23,581 nt of DNA from the NCBI GenBank assembly GCA_973895155.1, contig OZ316897.1, positions 436,834 to 460,414 of the forward strand. Reading direction: 5' to 3'. The notes under the pieces were generated by a model that was not told the origin of the DNA, ran no database searches, and was given only the letters and a program-made list of their open reading frames with translations. This stretch comes from Marsupella aquatica (Eukaryota > Plantae > Marchantiophyta). Positions within the stretch are counted from its first letter, which is position 1. Every line of letters starts with the position of its first letter. The translations under genes were made by a program, and so were the position numbers. Positions 10,554 to 22,900 of this stretch are shown piece after piece.

Positions 10554-13500
10554 TTAGAAATTCCAACTCACAGATTTTATCGCCGCTCCGCACGACTCTG
10601 TTGGGGGCTTCAGTGCCGGGTTATCCTTTAAGTTATTACAAAATCTCTTATTGCTCAGGCACTTGAGGACATTTTTGGCCACGCTTTTCCCTGCAGAATG
10701 CAAAACCGTCCAGATGATAACAATCCGTGAGGATCCTTTCTGGCTGGTGCTGCTCCAAACCAAGAGGCATGTGCTTAATATAATGAATCAACTGGTCAAA
10801 ACTTCTCGAGTTCTCGAGTAATATAAGCAAAGCTATTTCGGGCCCCGTCCCAGCTGAGGCACAGAAAAAAATGTAAACATGTCTTGCAACGTTCCTTAGT
10901 TTCCTCACATGATCAGTCCTCCCTTCATCGAACTTGCAAGCATTTCGAATTTCTCCACTGACATTAGTTATCGAGGATGAGGGGAATCAATGTACCTTCT
11001 AGTAATGCGCCGTGAACATAACCGTTGTATAACTCATTGTTAGCCTCTCCACCGAAGTAGAGACGGCCGACAGGTGCCTACACGGATATCGTTAACAAAG
11101 AGCCGGTCAGTCGATAACTCTCTATGGTCAATAAAGTCAAGAATGTCTGCCTCCTGAATTGAAAATTATAATGAAAGGCCCCCCTGTAAATTGAGTGAAT
11201 CACCATGCAAAGTTCTGTGCTATCAAAAAACACAAATCACATCCAGTATTAACCACCTGCAACTGCTTGTATTCATAGGTACTGACACCGATTGGCCAAT
11301 TGGAATACGTGCCACGGAAGAACCTATCTTTCCACCATCTATAATACAGAATCTCTGTTGCATCAGGGATATCTGGCCCAAACATTTTTCTCATCACCAC
11401 CATGATCTCCGCCAGAGTGTCATTGAACGGTAGCTGCTCAATTCTGCGAGCCTCGTCGTCAGTGACGGTGACGAAGACTAAACTCTGCCCCGGGAACTCT
11501 CTGTCCAAATGCTGCATTCAGATACAGGGAAAAGTCGTAAGCAGAGTTTCAGGGGCGTCTGGATGGCACTGTTATCTCACTGGCATTGAACTTAAGTGAA
11601 TTGCAATGCTCGACCAAATGCGGACCCCACATTGGAGGAGCGATTTCCTGAACATGACAAGTAACACAAAGACGGGGAGGAAACAAGAACGAGCGCCGGC
11701 ATAGGTGCGATGATATTAAGAAACTGCGCACTTCGTAGCAATTCTACTAATATGGACATTGATGTAGGATGTTGCATGGCTGCAAAATTCTGGAAATCAC
11801 CAACCTGCCAGAAAGGATAGTAGCCTCGTTTCTCATCAGCATAGAGAAAGTACTCACTGCCAGGAGTGACCGGCCAGAATGTGTACGGGAACTTCAGAAA
11901 GATCTTCGTGTAGATAGCCATTTCAAACTGGAAAATTACAGAGAGTTTCCAATACTGCAAGTACAATTCAATCACGAGATAAGAGCGTGATGGATATGAT
12001 GTGCATGTTTTAGTAGTCCTGCAAAGGACTGGAGCAAACCAGCAGGATCTCAAACCCAGCAATCTGAGCAAGTAGATTCAAATTGTAAGTACTCACTGGA
12101 AGATCTGGGACATATTCGATGAGCTTGCTTTGCAACACACCGATGCTGACGGTCAAAATCACAGCCTTGGCTTTGTATACCAATCCATTCTCAGTATATA
12201 CAGTGACCGAGTCTCCGTTTAAATTGTGCTCGATCTTATTTACAACCTGCGCACATTACAGCAATAACAGACATGAGAGCGTGTAAACTGCTAGTAATTC
12301 TTCAGAAATTGACCTTGCGTGGCCTTATTGCAACTTGATAGAAGGGGATAAGAATCCTTGAAATGAGATGAATTCATAATCAAGCCATGGAAGCTACCGT
12401 GTTGAGGTATAGACGAGGATCAGTAATGGTTCCGTTGGTCCTTTTCAGATAAGCCGAGACAGGGTCCAGAATGATACTGTAGCCTCTCAGATCCGCAACA
12501 AAGTAGTGGTCAGGCCCAAAGTAAGTTTCAGTGGGTAAAGGTTGAGTGTTCTTCAGACTGTTGATTCGTGGTGGCTCTGAATGCAAGGTGAATAAAATGT
12601 GTTAATGTCAACCTTGCCATTATGAGTCGAATCCATGTAGAATAAATTCCGGGCTAAGTAGAAAGTACAATATCTTCAATGGTCAGTCCTTAGCAGTGCG
12701 CAACTTTAGTTCGATATCTGTCCCAAAGCTTGAATATTACCATACTCCTACCAGTGAGGAAAATACAAACCTGCAGTTGTGAAATCGTAATTGAAGCCGT
12801 CAAGTGCCATTTCGACGGGAGTGGAAGGCACACTGTTCATTGTCAGATGGAATACGTGATTACCGCCATCCTTTGGATGTGAAAGCCCATACCAAGCTAA
12901 CATCGTGAGGTCTGAATTTCAAGCAATAAACATGAACATGCAATGCTCAACGAAACAACCAACAATTTCAGCAATTTCCAGCAATGGATCCTTACTGTCC
13001 AAAGAATCGCTGTGCTGTCAAGGTGGATATATCCTCCAATCCTTCATTCGTCAAGTTCACCGCAAACTCGTTCACCCAATCAAATTCGTCGTTTGACAAG
13101 TTAACGGTATCATTTGACGTCGCTGGGTCGACGAAGCCACTGCATCAAAGCCGAGATCAAAGCATGGACGAGTCTTAGAAAACTTGTGTGAGAAATTTCA
13201 AAACGGAACTCCAGCACAACAACATCTGCACGGCACTATTCTAATCTCTTGTTTGCTTGATAAAAAGATGGAAACGCCACTTGTTTTCAAGTGACCGTAA
13301 CGCCAGAGAACGCACCCGCTCTTTCCAAAGGAGAGACAAGCTCTGTTTGACACACTGACACACTCTGTTCAAACAACATTGTCCCTTGATCGTTATCTGA
13401 CTGTAAGAACGCCCAGTAGGGTCATAGGGCCTTGGCACCTCAACATTAATGTAAGGGGAGCGATTTCAAGCCCGATTGCAAGGCACTGAACATGGGACCC

Positions 13501-14970
13501 CCCCCCGCGACTTAAACTCGTGGCTACTAACTGCCCTCTTGTGGTTTTTGGTACTACTGATGAAGACGGGGGAAAGGTTTGGACACAGTATCATAAGTTC
13601 TAAATGTTACTTTCCAAGCGGGGAGGAAGCTTTTAGCATTGTAATTCTCAAACAAATGCTCTACTGTGTATTAACGTAGGGCGGGTATAGCTACGGTAGT
13701 AGAAGAGTTGCTCCAACTTTCGGACTGGGCGCATCTCAGATGGAAGGCGAGAAAATGATGGAACGCAAGCTTACTTTTCGTCGTAAATGTTTTGTGTTGC
13801 ATTTTCGAAGAAGGAGGTGAAGGTTCGGAGTTTGACTTCATTGGCCAGGGGGACAACCGGATTCAGGTATTTTCCGTTTACTCCCTCCACCCAGTTCGCT
13901 CCCAATTCGATGTGCAGCCCGGCGAACGGAGCATTTCGGATTCGGCCCCCGATCTTCCCTGTCGCCTCTACGATGACGAAGTTTGTCACTCCACTTTCGG
14001 TGAGGGTCCGCCCTGCCTGTATACCTGCACAGCGATTTCAGGGTGCGGACAAGTTTGTCAAATGCCAGCACTGGTTTCCTTTCTGAGGTTCCCATTACTT
14101 GAGATCTATGGTTGTACACAACCAGCCTACTGAGCTACGGATGGAGCCTCCCAATCTTGACAGCTAATGTCTTTCGCCAGGTTCCTTCTCAACCTTCATT
14201 CTTTTATGATCAGTAATACATCATTGACATCTAGCCCATAGAGTAAATGGGAGAGCTTCTCAAGCTAAAGTTTTGTAAAGGCTCTACTAAGCCATCAATG
14301 ACCAGATTGTTCTGCTTGATGGAGGGCAGAAATTTCACTACGATAACTCCAGTCAGAATAATCTTTTCAAAAGACAGCCAAACAGCAGAATCTCAGGAGT
14401 GGGAACTCCACTGAAATGCTAGTGAACTAGTACTCTACTTCACTGCTTCGCCTTATCAAACTTCCAAATTCAGAAGCATAGTTCAATTGAAAGTAACAAG
14501 ATAAATTTACAGAAGCTGGCATGACAACTCGACAAAGGATAGGAACCAATAATTACAATTGGATGACCACTAATAGTAACCCAATTGTGGAGGTTTTATT
14601 CATAATTTTCTATGAGCCGTAGTACTCTGACTCACTCTTCGGATGTGAACAGAGAAAACAACCCTCGACCAAATTTCAGCATGTGAGCAGATAAGACAAT
14701 CTTGATATCAGATTCAGGAAATACCCCTCGATCTATTGCAAAATCCAAACTTACTGCACAGACTGCCTGAGTGGTCACACAAACGAACCCATAAACTGTG
14801 CACAAAAAAAAGGTTTGGAATAATGTAAGCTTAGAACAGAGGATTGTACCGCAGGCTCCTGCTCCAACGATAATCACATCAGCTTCGATAACAGCACCGT
14901 GAGCTGGATAGCTGACCATCGATATGATCAGGAGCGTCACTAACACCACGGAAGCTGCGGTGTTTGCCAT
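10554..14970 (-). CDS. PAO: Secreted FAD-dependent polyamine oxidase (maize PAO1-like), 10 exons, ~509 aa
   Basis: Hand-assembled exons, all GT-AG and phase-consistent, 1530 nt: 14970-14850, 14024-13775, 13139-12996, 12832-12771, 12576-12398, 12246-12097, 11954-11805, 11511-11257, 11077-10996, 10690-10554. Motifs: signal peptide (MANTAASVVLVTLLIISMVSYPAHG), VIIVGAGACG (FAD), EATGKIGGR, IELGANWVEGVNG, AEPPRINSL, MAIYTKIFLKFP, RWWKDRFFRGTYSNWPIG, APVGRLYFGGE, NGYVHGA, and a C-terminal Cys pair (KCLSNKRFC). Confidence 0.95.
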
Positions 14971-17065
14971 GGATCCCCTCAACCTCCTTTTCGATCACTG
15001 GTCTTCGAACTCTATATGCTGCTGTCCGGAAGGTGGGTCCTCGTCCTGGGTCACTACGTCAACCTCTACATTTTGGTGAGGATGTGAGTAGAGGCTGTCG
15101 ATTACGGCCTAGCTGCTGAGCAATCCAACGGGAATCTTTGATCAAAATCCTCTCATCACTCTCCAAATGCAGCGACTTGCGGAAATGGCATCCAATCCCA
15201 CACATCCAGAAATAGTGAGCTTGTCTTCGCTTGTCTGCATTAGGGACACTGCAAGCGATTTCAACGAGAAGCAGTCCGACGTCGTGTATTGACAAACAGT
15301 GAGCTAGCAAGTCGAATTTTGTCTGCATTTACGATTCATATGTGACTGGATGAACTCTTAACAGTGCCCAAATACACCTTACAAAAGAAACAGTCCCAAA
15401 TTCTACACGTGAAAGGGAATTAAAACGTTGAGCTGCTTGGGAGTATTCCGAAAGCGGCCTGCAGAAATTATATTACTAACTTTGCAGAAATGTCAACTCA
15501 GATGCCACACCACAGCAGGATTCAGTGTCTGATGACGTTCGTTACATTGCTGCATGGAGAAGTCCAAACTCCAGAAAGTAAAACGTTCTAGCTGAAGTTT
15601 TCAGTGTTGATAAGGGAGAGAGGACACACATTCAATCATTCCAACACTCGCTGGATTTGGACTCAAAAATAATGCACAATCTCCAAAAGTAGCTCTTACA
15701 GCAGACAGAGCAAGCACTGCAACTCCACACACCATGATATTATGAAGACAGAGCTGAGTCTCTGCTTTATCGGAAACTCCTCCCGGGATTCCAAATTTCT
15801 CAGAGTAACATCATTATCCCCAGAACAATGGTAATCAATGCAGAGAACCCAGACAAGCAGCATGCGTGGAGACCAATTGATGTGATTTCGGGTTATCACA
15901 CAACATCGCACTGTCTCTAATTAAGGAAGGATGAATCCACTGCGTACCGACTTGCAGTCCATTCATGGAGCTGATAAGTTGACAGTTCGAAGTTGATAGA
16001 ATGAATAGACAATCTGAACTTAAAGGCCAGGAGACGAAGGCAGCTGCACATGCAGTGTGGCACCGACTTGAGGTGTGAAGTCTGTGTGGTCAGTGTGGTG
16101 CTTGCAAAAATCTGTCGTAAAGTTATTATTTCCTGCCCTCTGCTGAAAAACGTGGTGCAGGAAGGAGACAGTACTCACGTGTTGGCAACTCTACCCATTT
16201 TTTAAAGCCAACCCAACGACAAAGAAAATAAAGCTCAATTATAGAGAGCGCATCAGAATTTTTTTAAGCCATAACAACCCATGGAGGAAATGAAGACTAC
16301 TGTCTTACTACTGAAAAGTGCCATCCAAGTACAACAACAAAAAGGAACCAAATTGTGGATACAGGATCAAACGAAAACTGTTTCGTATACAGTAGTAAGT
16401 ACAACAAGAAAAGGAAGCAAAATAGTAAAGTCCTGAAGGGCATTGTCTTGAAGCCCGACCATTGTTTTATATGTTTTAGGGGCTATATATTATTGTCCAA
16501 AATGCTTTTTAGACAGTCCATTAATACACTTAAAGCATATGGGAGTCTTTATTTTTACTATGTTTAGTGAAAGTAGAGGAGAAGTTTCATAATGCATCCA
16601 AATCTGGACTGTGCATTCTTCTCCATAAAGGGTCCAAATTACAAAAGAGACAAATCAAAAAGGGGTAAGCAGAGAAATCCAATTCCATCTTCAGGGTTAA
16701 CTTTTCCAGAATTGATTTTTTCGATATGATTGGAAATTCCCAAATCATTTCATGGGTTTTGATTGTGTTTTTTTTAGTAGAGAGGGGGAGGATTTAAGCT
16801 GCGCTAATCCAGATCATTGTTCCCGTCATTGTTATGGGTTCTGTGTACTTCTTGTGGCTTTGCACTCCGAATGCATCCTAGAGTGGTCTTGCCCAAATTG
16901 CAATCCTCAAGGCACTTACCCCTGAGGACTTGCACTTACGGATTAGGTAGAGTATCTTATTAGTGAAATCTTAAGTAAAAGTTGAAATCATCACCAGGCA
17001 GGGATTCTTGCAATCATCAATAGTGGAAAAGCGGGAGTTTCTTGGCTGCACTTATTTGCTAGTAA

Positions 17066-17080
17066 GGGGGGGGGGGGGGG
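17066..17080 (+). repeat. poly-G tract (15 nt)
   Basis: Seen directly. Confidence 0.85.
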
Positions 17081-18297
17081 AAATCACTTGTTAAGCACTT
17101 TAAACTGGGCTTAGTTAATTGTGTCCCTCGACAATTGCAGTCACTTACAGGCAGCATATTTGTCATTTAGTGACAATATGTTGTGATCTAGTGAGGGTCT
17201 ACCTGCTCTGGTGTAAAATCGATGTTTTGGTGCATTTACAGAGAAACTGCTTTATATTAGTAAACTACATGGCAGGCATGTATTTCACCACGGAATGTAC
17301 TTATCAATGATCAATAGGACTGTATACCAGAGTTGATGAGGAATATCCCACCAAAATCGGACACTTTGTACAGTTTAGTTTCGTTCAACAGTGATGACTG
17401 ATGAGCCTGCACTAAAGCTGATGCAACGTTAGACCTCGTCGTGCAGTCAGATGATGAGGTACTACATTGGACAAGATAAACTTGGGTCGTCACTCGTCAG
17501 CCTTTGGTGAGTGCCTGCCAAATCTGTATAGGCTTCACCTCTCTACTACTCAGTCAAGTTGAACACGAGGCGAACGTGACACCCTCACACAAGAAGAACA
17601 TTTCAATCATTGGGTCATGTCTCCCTCTTTGAGATTCGTGCAAGTGTGGGCAAGAGCAGTATACCGGCCAGCATTTTTAAGACCAAAATGCGCCGAATTC
17701 CAGCACACTAGAAAGTATTCTTCACTTTTGGTGAATATTGTCCTATCTTTTGGTTTGCTATTAGCCAGTTTCACGCCTGGGCCAAATACCCCATTCACGG
17801 GATCTCATGGTTATCCTTGAATCTAAAAATATCTGAAGGTCAGAAATTTAATCTAAGAAATGGAATTAAGAAATATTCTTAGAATCATCTGCTTACTCAA
17901 GCTGACATTGGCCACTCTGGCTAAAATGGAGAAACCTTTAAAATATACATCCGACATCGTGCTTAGAACTCATGGCTGCTATGGAAAAATCATTCGATCT
18001 ATGGTAGCAAACAACTGTAGTGTAGTAGGGTAGTACCAAACTACTGTAAATCGCCAGTGGTATGGTGGTACCCCATCAAGGACAGTTTTCTCGTCCGTCA
18101 AGGATAAGGAAAGCTTTACCACGTCATCAAACAAGTACCTCTTGGCCATTGGTAGAACTTACAAACCTTCTTCGATCAGACCACAGTGATCTCTCTAAAT
18201 GCACAAACCCTGCTAACTGCAATTATGTATCCCTTTCTTCCCTTTTTTTCTATGGAGGCTTGCACTTTCTTCAAGTACAAACAGGCCTACAACAACT

Positions 18298-18366
18298 TGA
18301 TAAGTGTATTGCAAGTGCAAAACCGTGTGATAAGTGTATTGCAAGTGCAAAACCGTGATAAGTGTA
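18298..18366. repeat. 30-bp tandem duplication (two full copies plus a partial third)
   Basis: TGATAAGTGTATTGCAAGTGCAAAACCGTG twice, followed by a further TGATAAGTGTA. Confidence 0.85.
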
Positions 18367-19312
18367 CATGAACATATATTGGTTAGTACACAATCAATGT
18401 AAGTCAGCCTGTGGGGGATCAGGTTTAGGGAAGTGTCCAATTTAGGGCTAGTGTCACACAAAACTATCACTGACAAAGAGATGTAAATCATACACTTGAA
18501 TCAACAAATGCACAATTTAACAATTTTGCACTTATCATGCAGTGCAACCTGCATTAAATGAGCACCAGTAGTTCTTCACCGCAGGTTATGCAACTCCCTT
18601 TTCTACAAGGCAAGGTTTTAATTCCTTATCATGGCCTCACATCCAATTGACCATGTGCATTTTTATTAGTCTACTAAAGTCATGTACCTTTCAACTCAAG
18701 CTAGCAATCCAAAAATGTAACTTAAAAAAAACCAAACAATCATGTTTTGATGTAAAGAAGTTGATCAAATCCAATTATATGGCTTGTTTTTATAATACAA
18801 GGGTCTAGAGCCAAACTAGCTAGCTTTTAAGGATTTTTATTAAAATTCTAAAAACATTCTAATAAAAATTACAAGATGTTTAGGAATATTTTTCAATTTT
18901 ATGTGTTAAAAGAAGGAACCCAAATCTTTTGTATGACTTGAGTAAACTTTAACCGTTACATTTGTAGTACAAAACCCTGGGTAAACCCAAAACCCTAAAC
19001 CCAGGTTTTTTCAAATGTAGAGCCCTGCCTATTATACAAGAGTTGGGTACTCGGGTTCTTCACAGTTTTGTGTACTTAGCAAGAACTGACTTCATCAGAG
19101 CTAGTCCAATGCTCACCAAGGAAATCCCTCATTGTCATTGGCACAAAAAGTCTTCCATTGATGGACTATCAGTGGAAACCAAATCTCATCCACTCAATGT
19201 GTAAAATTACATAACATACATATATATTAATAGTGAGATTTTAGTCCTTTCAGGCAAACTAGAGAAGAAAAATGCATACTTAGCAGAATTATGTATGAAC
19301 TAGCCTGATTCC

Positions 19313-19787
19313 TGTTGAGCAGAGACGACGATCGCAACGGCAAGCCCATGAACCATCCAACGCACAATAGTCGACACAAGAGATACGTGGTTCACCTCCT
19401 TGAGGCTACGTCCACGGGAACACACAAGAGAGCTTTACTGAACTCTAAGCCCGTCGGCTATACCGAGTCTCCACAGTGTAAGCTCTCCCTATCTCTCAAG
19501 TGGCTCCATAACAATGAGCCTTGGTTCTACCTCTCCAAGCACACATGCCTCTTATGATATAGTGTGCAACTTAGTTGTACCTAACCACATAGTTGTACCT
19601 AACCACATAGTTGTACCTAATCACGTAGTTGTACCTAATCACATAGTTGTACCTAATCACATAGTTGTACCTAATCACATAGTTGTACCTAATCACATAG
19701 TTGTACCTAACCACGTAGTTGTACCAACCCACGTTGTTGTACCAACCACGTCATACCTAACCTAGACGTAAGAGTAAATACCCAACA
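19313..19787 (-). repeat. 3' LTR of the copia element (475 bp)
   Basis: Termini TGTTG...CAACA. On the minus strand it directly follows the purine tract AAGGGGAAGAT. Confidence 0.9.
19572..19751. repeat. 10 x 18-bp tandem array in the LTR U3 region
   Basis: Unit TAGTTGTACCTAA(C/T)CAC(A/G), with GTAC at 19577, 19595 ... 19739 at an exact 18-bp period. Confidence 0.95.
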
Positions 19788-19798
19788 ATCTTCCCCTT
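19788..19798 (-). other. Polypurine tract (plus-strand primer)
   Basis: AAGGGGAAG-AT immediately before the LTR TGTTG on the minus strand. Confidence 0.85.
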
Positions 19799-19978
19799 GA
19801 CTCTGGTCTAGGGGAGAGTAATACTGCCAATGTATATGATCCCTCAGCGGGAAGTTCTGGACAGAAACCAAACCGGTTTCCCTCTCTAACTAGAGCAAAC
19901 CAGAACTAAGCCGTAGCCTAATACATAGGAATGAGGAAGAGCATATATCAGTAATTACAATGAATGTTTAAGAAAACT

Positions 19979-22900
19979 CTACTTGTGATGCAATTGCAAA
20001 ACCTGCAATACGTCACGGTGTCTAGAGAAACTCTCCAAAGGAATCACTTTGGTAAATGCGTCAGCCGGGTTGAGTTTACCATCAATCTTGACTAGCTCAA
20101 ACAAATTATCAGACACAGCCTGCCTGATAAAATGGTACCTGACGTCAATGTGCTTCACTCTGCTGTCCATCACCTGGTTCACAGCAAGGTGGAGCGCACT
20201 TTGACTATCACAATGGAGCTTCACATTCCCCTGTGGCAATCCCATTTCAGTGATAAGTCTATCCAACCAAATCGCTTCCTTTGCTGCTTCCGCAGCTGCA
20301 ACATACTCCGCTTCTGTAGTAGACTGAGCAATACACTTCTGCAAAGTAGACCTCTAACTTATGCATCCACCGCCAAGTGTGAACACGTATCCTGTTGTTG
20401 ATCTCCTTCGGTCCAAATCTTGTCCATAGTCAGAATCTACATAGCCAATCAATGATCTAGCATTCTTTGCATTCGCATCAAATAAAAGACCATGATCCAC
20501 GGTACCCTTCAAGTACCTGATAATCCACTTCACTGCTTCCCAGTGTACCTTCCCTGGATTCGACATGTACCTACTCACCTTGCCCATAGCCATGGCAAGA
20601 TCAGGTCTAGTGCAAGTCATCAAATACATGAGACTCCCCACTGCCTTGTCATATGGAACCTTTGACATCAACCCCTTCTCTGTGTCATCCGTAGGACAGA
20701 ACGCTGATGATAACTTGAAGTGTGGAGCCAACGGGGTACTTACTGGCTTGCTATTCTCCATGTTGAACCTTGCAATTACCTTTCTCGCATAACTGCTCTG
20801 CGTCAACCATAGCTTGCCAGCCTCCAAGTCCCTAGTGATCTCCATACCCAAAATCCTCTTAGCTGGCCCTAAGTCCTTCATCTTAAACTCTGCACTAAGC
20901 AGTGCCTTGAGCTTAACAATCTCAGACCTATCCTTGGCTGCAATTAGCATGTCATCCACATAAAGTACTAAAACAATGAACCCAAAGACAACATTCTTCA
21001 CCGGTTTCAAATACACACAAGGGTCAAATACACTTCTGTGAAAACCTTGTGACCGAATCCAATCGTCAAACCGCTTGTTCCACTGTCTTGGTGACTGCTT
21101 CAACCCATACAAGGATTTCAGCAATCTGCAAACCAATTCCTCCTGTCCTCTCTTCACAAAACCTAGCGGTTGTCTCATGAAGATCACCTCTTCCAATGTG
21201 CCATAGAGGAAAGCTGTGACAACATCCATCTGATCTAGGAGCAGACCAAACATTACAACAAGTACACACAATAGTCGTATTGTAGAGTACTTAGCAACTG
21301 GTGAGAAGACCTCATTGTAATCCACACCTTTCTCTTGTGTGAATCCCTTTGCTACCAATCTAGCCTTGTAGACCTTCGATCCACCTCCTATGGAATTATC
21401 CTTCAGCTTGTAAATCCACTTGCTGTCCACCACTTGCTGACCCTTAGGCAGCTTAACAAGCTCCCAAGTTTTGTTGTCCTTTAGTGACTGCATCTCCGTT
21501 TGCATTGCTGCAGTCCACTTCTGCTTCTCCTTTGAAGCACTTGCCTCATGAAATGAAGAAGGTTCTCCTTCTTCCAAAATTAACGCATCACCCTCATCAT
21601 CAGCTGTAAAATCATCCTCTTGCAGTTGAGATGAATCAACCCACTGTCCATACCTTGATGGAGCGCGTACAGTGCGACCAGATGTTCTTCTAGCCGATGA
21701 CTCCGGTTGATCTGCGTGTGCTGGTACAATTTGAAGCTCAACAGCATCCACTTGCTGCTCACCAGCATCAACAAACTCCTCTGGTTCCTCTGGCACAGGA
21801 ACCAGCTCCATAATTGGAGCAACTCCTTCTCTCCGGTCATGCACCTCATAACCAATCTCCCCCTCAACGAGATCCGGGATAGGAGATTTTCCTTTGTCAG
21901 TACGGGAGACCTGAGTATTCTCCCCCTCCTTCAATAATCTGGATTCATTGAAGGAAACATCCCTACTGACAACGAGCTTACAGGCAATAGGATCCCATAG
22001 CCTATAGGCTTTCACACCACTCTGGTACCCAAGAAAAACACATTTCCTGGAGGTAGGATCCAACTTGGTCCTATTCTGCTTTGGTGTGAGAGCATATGCA
22101 TCACTTCCAAAAATTACCAAGCCATGATAGTCTGCTTGCCGCTTATAGCGCATCTCAAACGGCGTTTTGAAATTGATAGCACTAGAAGGAGAAAGATTTA
22201 CCAAATAAGCTGCGGTATTGACAGCTTCTGCCCAAAATTCTTGTGGTAAACCTGATTGGCTCAACATACTCCATGACCGCTCCAACAGTGTCCGATTGAG
22301 CCTCTCAGCGACACCATTCTGCTGCGGAGTATAAACTGTGGTGAGATGGCGAGTTATCCCCTGTTCTGAACAGTACTCTTCAAATTCCATTGAAGTGTAC
22401 TCCCCGCCGTTGTCTGACCTCAGACTCTTCACCCTTGTATCCAAACACTTGATCGTGTTTCCAGTCTGATTCTCCACCTGGGCCTTCCACTTCTTAAAAA
22501 TGGACAAGACATCAGACTTATGCGTCATGAAATAAATCCACACAAATCTTGAGTAATCATCAATAAATGATACATAGTACAACTTTCCAGAGTGTGAGGG
22601 AGTCGGGGATGGACCCCACACGTCACTATGTATGTACTCAAGAACCGCTTTGGAACGATGAGTTCCAACACCAAAAGCACGACGATGCTGCTTTCCAAGA
22701 ATGCAATGCTCACAAAACTCTAATTTACAAGATTGCAAATCAGAAATGAGTCCATTCTTCCGTAAGATAGCCAAACCCTTCTCACTCATGTGGCCTAGCC
22801 GTGAATGCCATAGTTGAGTCATCTCCTCGTGAGACTTGGTTACATTGGCCTCTCCACATACAGTATTGCCCTGTAACACATACAAATTCTTTTGTCTACT

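Noticed and set aside
10648-10908. Alternative PAO last exon using the acceptor at 10853
   Set aside because: No PAO similarity. The 10690 acceptor yields the conserved G..A..(L/I)..C....C terminus.
15059-18250. Short ORFs upstream of PAO, including 17311-17493
   Set aside because: No recognisable domains or coherent exon chain in the frames I examined.
19514-19765. ORF with (VVPNHI)n repeats
   Set aside because: Antisense translation of the 18-bp LTR array; in frame only because 18 is divisible by 3.
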